Source: Diadema antillarum (Eukaryota). Taken from it: DNA of 64,000 nucleotides. The position numbers and the translations under genes were made by a program. The stretch spans positions 248,001-312,000 of the forward strand of contig NW_027271468.1 of the NCBI RefSeq assembly GCF_040938485.1. Reading direction: 5' to 3'. How positions within the stretch are numbered: the first letter of the stretch is position 1; each line of letters begins with the position of its first letter. Shown piece after piece: positions 13,346-28,326 of this stretch. A model generated the notes under the pieces. The model made no database searches. It was not told where the DNA came from and was given only the letters and a program-made list of their open reading frames with translations.

Positions 13346-16300
13346 GTCAGGAAATCTCACTCCACGTTCAAGTTCACCTTACAGAACTACTCCAGACAAG
13401 TTTTAAGTTTTCTGGGTAAAAGAAGAAGAGGAAGAAGAATAAATTTCACAAACATAGGATTGAAAGCTAAACAAAAATGGATAAAAATTAGAGCAGAATG
13501 TATTAGATTGTGAAATTTTCTAATACTTTAACTAAACAATTCTTCAGCAGTCAAAATGAATATAAAATAATAATAATGATAACAACAGTAACAATAATAA
13601 TAATAGTAATGGTGGTAGTAGTAGCAGTAGTAGTATTAATAATAATAATAATAATAATTTAATAACAGCGACGATAATAATGTTAATGCTGGTAGTAGTA
13701 GAAGTAGCAGTAGTTTTAATAATAATAATAACGATATAATAATAATAATAGAGGTATTGGTCATGCCATTTATCAGTCAGTCTGAGTGCTCAAAGGGCAT
13801 GAAAAAATTTCTTTCTTTCACAGCATTAAAGGGGATGGCTAGTAACTGATCAGTGGGAATCATTGGGAATGCTGGGGGTGATTGTTCCAATCCTTGTACA
13901 TTCATTTAAGAGTACAGAGCACTCCCGTTACAACGAACACGGTTATATGAAATTTCGTTATAAGGAAGTAAAACTTCTGGTCCCAAAATTATCGCCATTA
14001 AAGTCTATGGTACAAAATTCGCTTATAACGAACACGGTCATAGCGAAATTTTCGTTATAACGAAGTCTTTTCCGAGCGCAACTGACAAAGAAAAACAAAA
14101 GAAATGTGCTCCGTTATAACGAGCTGAGGATCGCTTTCGAAAATACGTAGCGGAACAAGCATTTATAGCGTCTCTGCATGGGCGACCGCGTCACATCACT
14201 GTGTGTTCGCTTGGTGTGTCACGCAGTTTCCGAGGGGAACTTGCGTTATTGTAATACAATAATCTGAAATTGAATAACTATTTGTTTTATTGTTCACATA
14301 GATTTCCAGTGTATGACGAGTATTCAACAAACAGAATATGATATATGCGTGGCTTCCTTGTTTTCGTTATATATTGTATTTGTTCGGTTATAACGAAATT
14401 TCGTTATAACGAAAGAAAATTGCCGGTCTCGAGCATTTCGTTATAACGGGAGTGCACTGATATCTATTGTTGTGTGAAAGTCATTTGCTTCAGAATGGTC
14501 TCATATTCAAGTAATGTGCAGTTTAATGTTTCCAGGTTAGCATGCCTGTACAGTGACGGGGCGATCGTTAACGGGCCGTTAGAGAGAAAGAAATAGAGGA
14601 AATAATTCGAATGAATTCGAGATTAAGAATTTTAATGACACCCTTCACATCAAAACGTGCGAGTATAGGAAACTATATAACCATACGGCAATGCTGACCT
14701 TGTATGTCATGGAAGAGGGGTTAGTGCTCATTATTGACCTACAGAATAATTTTTATGCTATTTTTTCTTTTATGTAAAGAACGATGGGAGAGATTGTGCG
14801 ATGCTGACGTCGTGCGTGAGACACTTCTAGTATGCATTGTGATTTTGACTTATATAGGCGCGGTCAGACTGGCAAAAAATCGAATGGTTTAAGATCGCAA
14901 AGTCTTCGCGATCTTTTGTCGTCCAGTCACATTGGCAAAAGATCGAGAATTTTGGTGGGGGTGGCATAGGGGGAAATAACCCTATAGTTGCAGTGGGAAG
15001 TTTCGCGAGAAGTTTCGCGGAAGTTTTGCGGGAAGTTTGCTTCGAGAACTTTTAAAGGTGCGGTCAGACTGGCAAAAGATCGAGAAGTTTAAGATCGCGA
15101 TCTTTAAGATCTCGAAGTTTTGCCAGAGTGACCGCAAACTTCCCGCGAAACTTCTCGATCTGTTTGCGGGCGGTGTCTCCGAAGCGCGAGGCCATTGTCA
15201 TGTACAGATGTGCATTGTTACGTCACAATCACTAGCCATCGGACGGCGCACTCTTTCTTGCGCGCGTACCAATGGCCCAAACTTCGGAATCTTAAACTTC
15301 TCCATCTTTTGCCAGTCTCGTATGCATATCAAATTCTAATTATTAAAGAGTCGTTCTGTTTGTTTAGATTCAACTTCAATATAGAATGGGGGAATCCCTT
15401 GGAATCCATCAGTAATTTTGTAGATTCCAGAGTGGTTTCTATGCGTTTGGTTTCGTTTCATTCCGTTTTCAAAGTTATTCGTATTAATCATCATGCACCC
15501 GACTACTAGCATACTGTCGATTAATGGTAACATTTTTAGAGACGTGATGAATTCTAATGTACCCTTCCGTGAGATTGGTAACTTACTCTACCTTACAATG
15601 GAAAAGGTCTGGATTTGGCTTTTCACTCAATGTGCCACAGAACTTGTGTATGATTCATCCTCCCGTGATATAAATATGTCAAGGTTGGAAATTCAAATAT
15701 TTATATCTAGGGAGGAGTATGTAAGTATTAAGATAACGATGAATATCATTAATGTTGGCAATTATCATTATCACATGGTATTGATTTTATCTTTGGAATT
15801 CATAAGCATTGTCATGGTTGCCATTTTTTATCATGTTAAAGGGATGATACAGGCTCGGTTGAAATGGTGCTTCAAGATTCCAACGTTTGTTTGTTTGTTT
15901 GTTTGTTTTTTGACGATGATTTTTGAGAAAATGAAACTCTTTTAAGAAATATGAAAGAGCATATAATTCTAAATGGAATTCAAAGTATATTTGATGAAAA
16001 TTGGTTTTGAAATGGCTGAGATATCCAGAATAAAGAGATGCTAATAAAAGGTGCGACCAGACCTTTTATTCATATTTGATTGCTTTGTTGTACGGTACTT
16101 TATTATTTTTTATTATATCTCAGCCATTTCAAGAAAGATTTTTATCAACTAAATTTTGAGTTCCTGTGAGAATTGTGTGCACTTCGAATTACATAGATTG
16201 GTTTCTAAGTATTTTACAAAAAGTTAAAAACTGAATCCTCATTCACCTTGAGCAACCAATAAAACATCCCTTTAACGCATTTCTTTTGTCTGTTTTTTTT

Positions 16301-19300
16301 TTCGTACTCTATCCGTTTAATTACTCGGAAAAAAGAAAATATTGCAAGCCTGATTATAGTTGGCTTTTCTAACTGATTAATTCATAAATGACATGGTATG
16401 TAATATAGAATTTAAAAGGGGATAATTATGAGCAGGGGTGCAACTGTACTGTTTGTCGACTTTTTCTTTTCTTTTAAACTGATATCAGGTGTAATCCAAA
16501 GAGGAGTGAGGTGTGTTGGCTGTGACGCTTCAGACATAGCTGGTAGCTACTGGATATGCACAATGTGCCCGAGGTGCAAACTATGCACAGACTGCTACAT
16601 GCAAGATACACATGCAGCCACTCACGAGTTCTGCAGGAAGGACGAGCCGTATGATACTGGGTAAGAAACTGGTTTCAGAGAAGTACAGTGATGATGATAA
16701 TGATAATAATAATAGCAATAATGATAATGATGATCATAATAATGATAGTAATGATATCAATAGTAATGAAAATAGTGCTACACAATGAAATTATGAAAAT
16801 CTGATATCAAATGCAATAAGCATTTCGATGACGATACGATGTAAAAGTAAAAGAATGAATCTAAGGTGTTTGATATTGATAATAACCGTGACGTTAATGA
16901 TGATAATGCTTTGATAGCAAGTGATGCGAGAAATGTCCAAATAGTCATACACATACACTTGTAAGATACGCAAATTAGTTTAAAACATATTAATGTGCGA
17001 CAGTGATCAATCTTGTCAGTTTCATCTTGCAACTCGTGTATCACAGGGTGCTTGTTGGCACGAGAGAAGACACAAGGACAGTGAAAGCTCGTGGTTTACT
17101 TCCTGGGGCAAAGGTCAAGAGGGGGTCAGACTGGAACTACGAAGACGAGGATGGTAAGTTACATAAAGTTCGAAGTGTTTGCGTCACGTACAAATATGAT
17201 TCATACTTGAAATGTGTGTATAGATAAAACAATATCCTGACCGAAGAGCCTGCGCACACTATTGTCTTTAGGGATATGATAATTATTCCCCCTTCGCTAG
17301 CGCACACGTGTTTGTGAGTTGATTCAGTGTGCACTTTGTGTGTGCGTGTGTGAATGTGTATGTGTGTGTGTGTGTGTGTGTGTGTTTATTTTCTCTTTTT
17401 TTTTCTGTTTCCGACTCATGTCTCATGTACTATGGTATCAAGATTATTATGTAAATGAGGTATCGGGGGCCTGACAAAAACTCTGAGATAAACAGAGGTT
17501 GATTCGTGCTTCTTCATTCAAGGCGGAAAGAAACAATGGGGAAACGTGAAGGACGTCTGCGATTGGTCGGATTCATCGCGCGCGAGCGGTGTCATCGTCC
17601 AATGGAGCAACGGCCTGACTAAGAAATACCGTGCGGGGCACGATGGGAAGGTAGACGTCAAGGCGATGGGAAGGTAGACGTCAAGGCAACGGAAGGAGCT
17701 GATGGTGAATGTTTCTACATACATCACCTCGCGAGTGTCGGTGAGTACTCAACCCTCCCTTCGTTTAAGTTTTGCCTGGTATTTGAAATTCGTGTTTGTT
17801 ATCACTACTTATATCGATTGTAAATAAAAAAGAGAAGACAATGGACACATTCCACAAGTGCACAATGATTTGTGAAAATAATAACCTTGCATTTCTTGAA
17901 GGAGAATAAATCTCTTCAACTTAAAGGTCACAAGAAAAAGCCAGTTGTAGTCTAAACTGATGATTCGTTGGCTTTCAACACGTTATTAAAGTGAGTCATT
18001 TCCCTTTCTTCTGTTTTGAAAGTAATGAATTTCTGTGACGCTTTAATATTGTAGTGTGTGTTAGTGTGTGATGTGTGGCTATGTGTGTGTGATTTCATGC
18101 ATAATTATTATCATCAATCGGGATTTTTTTTTGTCTGTATTTATCGTATATACTATCCATGTTATATTTGTCGTTCATTACTCTCTTGCTTAATCTCTCT
18201 GTTTGCTTCAGAATGGTTGCCTTTTGGCAAAAGATTTTATGAAAAGAAACTGAATGAAAAATAACTTGAAACCAGTAAAGTTCTTACTGACCTCTTTGAA
18301 ATTGATTTTAAATGGGTAAAATACCATATCTAAAATTGTTCGTTTACAGGCGGGCGAAAATTTATCTTCTCTTGTATGTGGAGTTCGAGTTCATTTTTTT
18401 ATTCTCTCTCTCCAGGCGAGCGAAATTCACCTATCATAGGAGACAAGTTAATGATTGTCATGGATATGGAAAGTTTGAACTTTTATCAAAAATGTCTGGG
18501 ACAAAATTACCCCGACGGCCTATCAGAGGTAAGTGCATTTTCATTCTTTGTTTTTCGCTTCCGCTAAGTACATTTACTCTCTAGAACTTTAGAATTAAAA
18601 ATATATATATATAAAAGATATACCAAGTAGCTCATTCCGAGCAATACAGCACACACATACAAGCTTAACAATAAGTACACACCTGCGCGTATAATCTTTG
18701 GACACATTTTTTTTTTTTTTCACGAATACAATCAAACCACGTCATTACCGGTGTACTGTAATGGTATACGCTTTCTCACCATATCACTAGTTTTGTTATT
18801 TCCCACTCTTTTTTTTAAATACATGTACCAATAGGGAAGTTTTAATTGCATTTTGATTTTAGGCACTTTGCAGTCAAAATCACAGATGTTTGTCTTCCCT
18901 TGGAATTGCAATTTATTATGTTTATGTACTGTACCATGCTAAATGCAGACGCACTCAATCATTCATAACTTCTTCTTTTTTTTTTGACAAACGCAAACTG
19001 CGTGTAAAAAGTCTCTCTCTTACTTTTTCACACACCTTGGCTCGTAAGAGAAACGAGAAATGAAGAGACAAAATGTTAAAAACACAATTATGTATTATCA
19101 TGCATATATAAAGTCAAGGCAGATATCTTAAGTTTCATATGTATCATGTAATATATAAACATTTTATTGTTATCGTGCTTGTTATGTCAACTAGGCCTTA
19201 TTTTTATAATATAAGCTACATAATTATGTAAAGTCAAGGCAAATCTTAAAGTTTTGTATATGTATAGTACATTATACACCGTCATAGAATCCCAATATCA

Positions 19301-22300
19301 TTCGCCAGTTTTATTTAGAATGGAGAAGGGTTTTAAAGGATGCTGTTTTTGTTTCCTCTTCTCAATGCTAAGAAACTTGGAGTTGCGGGGTTTATGGCAA
19401 ACTGGAATGACCGAGGTTGGATCGGGCTGCGCTACGACGACGGAGTCACGCTGGAGGTTCCCTCCTTCCTCCTGAAGAAAGTACGACCCTGCTTGGGTCG
19501 GGGGCAATTACCCCCTGGGAAATTACCACAGACCCATCCCTTGACCGTAACCCTAATTCTTATCCTGAACCTGATCATACACCTAGCCCAAACTCTATAC
19601 CTAACTCTAACCCTAATCTTTACTAAAACCTTATCACTTATAATAGTAACCAAGATTAGCCGGGGGGGGGGGGGGGGGGAGCGTTGTGGACATGTGGTGG
19701 AAATCCGCCTGGTATTGCTCCTCTCTCACTGCTCATCATATACTTATAATCTTTAACTGGAAGTGGGGGATAGTTACAGTCTCCTGTCACTGTGTTAAAA
19801 GAGAGCGAGTGTGTTAGCGCTGTGATTGCCACATTCATGACATTGGGGAACAAAGAAATATTATAATGTATAAACGCATTCTTTGAAATGTCATGAATAT
19901 TGCAGTGGTGTAAGATCTTAAACCTTCGTAGAGCACGATGTGACTCCGTTTTCAAAATATGTGATTGTTGTTTCATTCCGTCGTCAGTAGCGAATTGTAT
20001 CAAAACAAGAGCATGAACGACTGGAAATCAGTATTTTTGCAATCGTAGTCAGGATTGCCGAGAGCAACTGTAGAACAAACCTTTATACCTGGGAGACATA
20101 TTCGTGAGACAGCAGATGTTAGTATGGTGCTTGGAAATATAACTTGTTTCAAAGATAGTGATGAAAAATCGCACTATACATCTCCATGAAGAGACGCTTA
20201 TTACATGGCAGAATGTGACTTTCCTCTTGCAGTGCGTCGAATTTCATACCGGCGACCGGGTAAGAATCAGCAGCAACATCGACTTAATAAAGAGGCTACA
20301 AGTTGGCCATGGCGACTGGACAGACACAATGAAGTTGGTGAGACAAATATTTTTTTTTTCAATTAAAATCATATAAGAATAAATACTAGAACAGCGAAAA
20401 TGGCAACACACAATGTGCTTCCATTCAAAAAGAAAGAAAGGGAAAAAAATTCTTGGCGCGCATTGTCTGCAGTCCAACATTTTCAAAGACGGGCAAATCC
20501 CCGCAGAAATCCCCGGATGTCCGTCTTGCCATATATTGATGCAATGTTGCGCCTCAATATTCTGTCGGGTTGATGTTTGCGGCTTTCCTTTAGGAAAGCA
20601 TTACGTTCATAGCTCAACAAACGTTTCTCTCTTTACTTTCTTCCCATGAACCGAAAAAGTCATTCTCGCTTAGCATTCGTTTTCGATAAGGTGGTTCAGT
20701 TGTTGGCTTCAGTTGATCTTAGTAATGGCGACTCCGATATTCCAAGGCGTCGCATTGATTTTGGTGAAGTCCACTTTCATGAGTAATCATCTATCAATAT
20801 TACTATCATGTTTTATAACCGATTAATTGTGTTTGAGACTCCAATCTAAATTTCTTTTTTCGTCTTTCTCTCTGTTCTTCCAAAGACCGTCGGACAGTGT
20901 GGCACGGTGGTGAAGGTATTTGACGATAGTGACCTAATAGTCGAGGTCAAAGGTGTTGAACTGATCTATCACCCCGCGTTGATCACCATCATGGAAGACG
21001 GAGAGGTTGATGACGCTGATGATGAGGACTATGATGACATCGGCGTGACGGCCGCGGCAATCGACAAATCTATAATCAACAAGGGCGAGACAAAGGGTTG
21101 GTAAAGTACTTCTTGATTATATGGCAGTGCTTTTTTTTTTTTGGGGGGGGGGGGGGTTGGAATCAAGTCATATTTAAGAGAGACAACATCCTTGAGAAGA
21201 CACAAAATCATCATCCTATATGTGTGCAACGATAGCATTGCCACAAATCACGTTCTCATCCAAAATGCCTCTTTATTAAAGTAATCAATTAGTCAGAGCT
21301 CACGGATCGTTTTCCCTATACGGATCTTGTGAAGAACGGTAGAATTTAATTGTTTGTTTCTGACACCAAACAGCATCTCAGTGATCATGATTTATAGCTT
21401 ACTGGCACCAGTCGTTGTTATGCTCGACAATTCTCAGTCAAGAGTCCTGGTTGTCAGCATGACATTTCTTAAATATCCGTGAATAAAGTGGTCTATGCAA
21501 CTGGATAATACCACTGATGACAGGGAGAAATGATACAAACTTAAACGGTGCAAACATAACTATGAAAGTCATTAAGCTGCATTTCATTTGTTTTTTTTAC
21601 TCCTCTGATCGGTATAGATTGTACGTTATAATACTTTACCTTTTAAGCCGTTTGTAAAGCCAATAGCGGTTTATTGACATTCTCGTTGGCTCCGGTTCTT
21701 AAACCTTCTGTGCTTATGAGTCTAATGCGCCCAAATTTCACACACAAGCACAAAAGAAGTCGTATAAGGGAAATGATAATTGGCCTGAAATACTTTATAA
21801 CAAGTTCTCGGACTTAGTAAATGGATAAAATATGATAAATGATAAGCTTTACAAACTGCTTAAAGGGTAAAGTATTATAACGTACAATCTATACCGATCA
21901 GAAGAGTAAAAAAACAACAACAAACAAATGAAATGCAGCTTAATGACTTTCATCGTTATGTTTGCACCATTTAGGTTTGTATCATTTCTCCCTGTCATCA
22001 GTGGTATTATCCTGTTGCATAGACCACTTTATTCACGGATATTTTAAGAAATGTGATGCTGACTTCACTGAGGACAACCACTAATGCGAGTAAACTATAG
22101 ATAGATACATTATTGAGACGCATGGTGTCCGAAATAAACAAATAAATTAAACCATTCTTCACAAGATCCGTTCACGAAAACGATCCATGAGCTCTGACTA
22201 ATTCGTTAATTAAGGATGCATTTTCGATGAGAACGTGACTTGTGGCAATGCTATCGTTAACCCGATCATCTGTGGCGTTCTTCCAAAGGTTCATTTTTTT

Positions 22301-23671
22301 TCGAAGGTTCGTAATTCCGAGAAAGAAGTAAGTTTCGTCATTCCGAAGGTTCGTTAATCCGAAAAATTTTAGTTCGCTAATCCGAAGATGTGAAAACGGT
22401 GCGTACAAACGAACCTTCATATTATGAACCTTTTTTGTTTTTGGATTGACGAACATTCTGCACACTATAACGACCCTTATTTCATTTCGGATTAAAGAAT
22501 CTTCGGAATAACGAACTGAAATGGCAACACACAGAGACATGAACAACACTGATGCAGTTGGTAGGAGCAGCGGTCTACAATCTGGTAGTCTCGGGTTCGA
22601 ATTCCGATGGAGTCCCATTTTCTTTTCCTTACTGTACAATATAGATTATATTTCTGGTCAGTTTTCATTGCTTGCATTTATTTCATTAAATAGTCAAAAA
22701 GCTACATAGCTTCCATGATCCCTCGCGTTTATCCCCCAAAATGATTTCAATCCCTCTGGTTTATGTCGAGTTTATGTATAAAGCATCTGACCGCACGATC
22801 GTTCGGAAATAAGGTGTCTCTGAATAGGACGAATACTATACTTGGGTTTCCCATAGCTCCGTCGGTAAAACTCCGGTCAAGCAATTTGGTGAACTCGGGT
22901 TGGAATCATGATGGTATCCCATTTTCTTTGCTCATTTTTCATTAACAAAATAATGTTTTCAGATAATTCATTTTTTTTTTTTTTTTTGCAGACACTGACG
23001 AGGACGAGCAAATGCTTCGAAACATCCTCGTCGACAGGTTTGTTTGTTTGTTTGTTTGTTTTATTTTGTTTAATCACGGGATAAAATGCCCTCGATCAGC
23101 CAGAAAAGTTTTTTGTTTTTTGTTTTTTGTTGTTGTGTTTTTTAGAGGCCGTGAATACAGTGTTACAACAACAACAAAAAACAGCACACACTTAACAAAT
23201 CAATCAAAGCAAATTAATAACAAAAACAAGCATAACATAATAAAATACATTACAACATGAATAGCAGAAACTATATATCAAGAAAAAACAAAACAGAAAA
23301 GGAATATAGACATAACCACCAAACACAAACGCTACAAAAGAGGGTGACACAAACAGGTTCACGGAAATTCAGACAAATTAGCTCAAGCATAATTATGAAA
23401 TCCACCTAACACTCATACTCTAATATTCTTTCAAAATCTGTCAAATTACTTATTATTCTTACATTTTCGGGGAGTTTATTGCATATCTTAACACTGGAAT
23501 AAATATAATACATCAAAATTTCAGGTAAGTGCTCACAAATTGCTATACGGAGTGATTACCTGCAGTTTTCTTTCATTATATCGAAATGTATTCATAGTTG
23601 TATAGATGGCAATTTTGGGACGAAATTACGATAATATGTATAATTATGTTATATAAATATATGTATATATG

Positions 23672-23710
<39 letters not shown>

Positions 23711-24692
23711 AGTTAATCATAGAGTTTCCATGGGCAAGTTAAAGCAAAATCATCTATGTACGCTTTTAATCTTTATTGTCCGTCTGTAAAATCATTTTTG
23801 TTTCAGTTTCTATGCACATATAAACGCATAAAGCATTAAGCAAAATTCAATCACAAGAGGGTTGATCTAACTCCCGCCACCGTATTTCGCTCCTGTCCGC
23901 CAGTGAATTTTTAAACACAAGCCAAAACGAAGTTGCAGAAAACACACATAGTTGTCTAGTTTTGATTACAGTACCAGTCAGTATCGCTGAATACATCTTC
24001 TTATGAATCCTTTTGAAAGAAAATATATCAATAATCAAACCGTGACATCTCCACCAAACACATTTTTCAGAAAAAACTCGTATTGAAACAGACAAATATA
24101 GCTTCGATTTTCAAACATCGAACTAAAAACAGAACCAATGACAGTACAATGGCATAATAGTTTTTCGTCTCGAAACCATAACACAGTGTCATATAGACTT
24201 GATCTCAGAACAAAACAAAACAAAAAACAACAACAACTAAGTAACATATACCTTCTCGATCTTAGTGACATCTCTGTTCACGTAATTTGATAAAGGAATA
24301 TTTTGTTTTTGCTTTGTCATGTTTGTAGCTTTAGAGCTTTTGGAAGGATATTATGTGATGTCACATAACGATATGAGGAAAATAACTGAAAATGCCAAGA
24401 AACTTTTTTTTTTAAAGTTAAGAGCATACTCCCTTTACTTTTTACGTACATAATATTGCAGGTAATATGACTGAAAATACATGGCATAATCTTAATTCTT
24501 TCTTTATATAATTTCACTGCTGTGACAACTTTATTTTCTGTAGTTTTCTCATTCAGGATTGACAGCTGCTGTACTCGACAAAACTCCCAAAACCTTTGAA
24601 CGGACTGTCCGATTTTTCGCAAGCTTTACACTGATGTGTCCTATACCACTATACTGAATCCATCCAACATATCTAGGGCAAATTTTGCTATG

Positions 24693-24745
<53 letters not shown>

Positions 24746-27231
24746 CATACATCGCGGTTTGTAGCAGGTTGGTGGACAAGATGAAGCAAGTGGGACTAAA
24801 GGACGGATCGAAGGCGGAGGGCAAAGCATTCGTCCGGAGCGCTGCTGAAGGCAAGGTAGACAAGGTCAGAGAGCTGCTACGCCAGCGCCCAGAGCTCGTA
24901 AGTCGGAGTTCCTTCCAGTACAGTTGCTAATTCTTCTCCAGCAAAGTTGTGATTACTTTGCAGAGAACATTCTTAAAAATCTTACTTGCCAATATAATAC
25001 CAGCAATCGCAATGTTATTACCACAAAACGTTCCACTAAATGTTGCCCTTTAACGTATCGCCTTTGCAATGTGTTCTCGAGCCGAATGCCTGGCGGCTGG
25101 TAAACAATTGCGAATACGAGTACGAATGAAATGTCACACAGTAATTATAACCTCCTTATGTCAGATTAACAAGATAACAAGTAGCCGAGACGTAGAGTGA
25201 CAGGCATGACAGGCATTTTCAAGTTCTCGTGTATAGAAGGTGAATACTCATATTTCTGGGAGTAGATTGTTTATCCAACGTATAGCTGTGACATTATTTC
25301 ACAAATAGTGTATACTACATTGTATTTGTGAAATGTCTTCACAAAAAAGGACGTTATTTTCAGTGTGATGTACCATGAAGTGTCATACGTGCCAACATTC
25401 TGAAATGGTCGAAAATATATGGGTGCACGTCACGAGACCGACACCCACGAGTCATACAGCCCACAAGTCATACAGCTCACGAGTCATACAGCCCATGAGT
25501 TATGCAGCTCACGAGTCATACAACCCATGAGTTATACAGTTCACGAGTCATACAACTCATGAGTTCGACACTGAGCTAACGAGGCCCTAGAGACCGACAC
25601 ATTAACCCCCGTGTTGTATTTGTCGAACTCGTGGGCTGTTTTCACCTAGTGTCAAACTCACGGGCTTTATTTGCCTGGTGTCGAACTCGTGGGCCGTATG
25701 ACTCGTGGGTGTCGGTCTTGTGGGATGATCTCGAAAATACACATCACATGAAGGTCGTTCAGGCAATCGCTTATAAAGGATTATTTTACTTAAATCCCAA
25801 TATGATATTACTCATAAAGGTGAAGGCCAAGCATAGCAGTCGGACGGCGCTGCATGTGGCAAGCCATGAGGGTTACCTACCGGTGGTGCAGCTCCTAGTC
25901 GAAGCGAACGCACCCCTTGAGGAAAAGGACGACGATGGCGACACAGCCCTAGCATACGCCGTCATTGGGTGAGTCAACGTCCCCTTCGTTGCCGAAGCAC
26001 CTCGATGCGTGTTTGCAATATCCTCTCACGTCCCCATTTAATAATTTTTAGCTAAAACAGTCAGGGAGTGAACATCTGAGATATTTGAACGACTTTGTTT
26101 TGGTGGATTGATAGGCCAGTGAACACTTAACCATTTCTGTGCCGGGGCCTTGGGACGGTGTACATGTACACAATGTCATGGGGTTTTCTATGTCAATCAG
26201 CATTCAACGCACACAACGGGATGGACGGGAAATCCTTGGTTTAATCATGCCCTGAACTGTCTTGGACACGATATTATATTATTCCGTTTGTTTTTAATTG
26301 TCTCTCTTGGCATAGCTAGGGGTATGAGTTGGTGTTTGGGTGTGCTAGGGTTATTAAAAATGTCAGGAACTTATATGAGAGCAATGTTGACACTTCAGAG
26401 GCTGCTGTGGGTTACAGCAATATGATTGTGATTGTGTTGTGATTGTACTTGTGATTGTGATTATGATTGTGATTGTTATTGTGATTATGATTGTTATTGT
26501 GATTGTGGTTGTGATAATGATTATGATTATGATTATGATTATTAGAACTTTTACTCTTGACATGCAGCTTACAGATGCTGCAAAGCGATGAACAGAGGTG
26601 AATTCATTTTGAATACTTTCCAATCACCTTCATGATATGAATACGTTCATTTTCTCTCATCAATATGACATGTCTGCGAGGGAATGAGAAATATTAGGTT
26701 AATTTTATCAGGAGTTATTACAATGAAACTAATTAGTGTAACATTCTCTTCAGCAACAACCCGTCCATCGTGGAATATCTTATCAAGAGAGGCGCCTACG
26801 CTAATGCGACCAACAAACACAGGCTGACTCCCCTTCACCTCAGTGCAGCCAAAGGTCACCAAGCATGCGCAATGAAGCTCCTGCGCCGAGGCGGAAGTGT
26901 GAATGTGCAGGTCAGGGATAATTTGTGTTAAGCAATTTGTAAAATCTTTGAAAACTCTTTTGTGACATTGTCTGATGCGAAGACGGAAGTTATGTAAAGC
27001 ACACAGAGATTCCTTTTGCACTATATAGGGTGCCTAAAGGCAGGCAAATCATTATTATTATTATCAAGAGCTCTTTATATAAAGCTTCAAAAGGCCCAAA
27101 AGCATCATTCTCGAGTGTTCTGTTCTGTTCTGATGTTGTGGTATAAGGACACTTTATGACATCTTTATAATCCGCACATCTCAAAGTTTAATGTGGCTCT
27201 TTGAGAAAACACATTTATGAGAAATATGTTC

Positions 27232-27285
<54 letters not shown>

Positions 27286-28291
27286 TATTATATTCAAATA
27301 TATTATCTCTGTGTGTATATTCAATTTCCCCACTCTTCCCACAGCTGGAGAGTTAAGACAGCAGACGACACTTGTAAATAGCAGTTACTTTTGTTGTGTC
27401 TATAAGTTTAAGACAAGAGAATAATTAGCACTTTGATATAACCATCCAAAGAAACAAACAAACAAACAAACAAACAAACAAACGAACCAGAGCTAAACAC
27501 TCTTGGGCTTTCCACTGTACGTTTACAAATTGTTAACTCGCTACAATGTCAATTTATTTTCTTATGTTTTGAAAATATTTCTTATTCATGTTCCGAATTA
27601 ATATGTTCAATACTTTGTATTTTGTATATGATTTTGCTGTTTTAAAAATAAAGTCAATCAAACAAACAAACAAACAAACAAACAAGTATGTTATTTGTCA
27701 TGCTCACAGGATAATGTTCGTAATTTACCGGTCCACCTTGCCATCAAGCGTAACTCGGATTCCCTCCTCGAACCGCTCATCAACAACCCACAGGCCGACT
27801 TGCGTCTACGGAACGCCAAAGGTTTCACGCCACTCCACTACGCAGTGCGCAATAAACTTCCAGAGTCAGTGCGCCTTCCGTCATTACTTCAGTCACTGTT
27901 ATACCGTCCTATTATTTTCTGCTTGTTCTTTTCTTTCCTTACTTTACTTTCTCTAAGTTCACCTAATCCTCTGCTTTGCCTTATCTTTCTTCTCCTCTTT
28001 TTCCTACTCTTTAATCTTCTTTAATCGTCTCTGTCATGTTAATTTTGACAATCTTGTACTCTTCTTGTCTTGATCGGTAATTTTGCCATTGTATGTCTCA
28101 TAAATTTCAGAAGGCGTTGGGCTACGATTCCCTTTACCATGAATTATTCTATGATTTATGATTTTCCTACTGTTAAATTACGCTCGTTCGTGGACGATTA
28201 TCCATTCAACACTCAGCGCAGTTGTCATAACTAAGTAATGTAACACAATCACATATCATGTATTCAATCAAGTATTTCAAGGATTGTAATG

Positions 28292-28326
<35 letters not shown>

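Noticed and set aside
19490-19680. Telomere-like TAACCC repeats and the long ORF 19340-19756
   Set aside because: Degenerate interstitial repeat; the real exon ends at the 19481 donor
25440-25565. 17-bp repeat array as a possible CRISPR
   Set aside because: Contiguous tandem units with no unique spacers, inside a MITE in eukaryotic DNA
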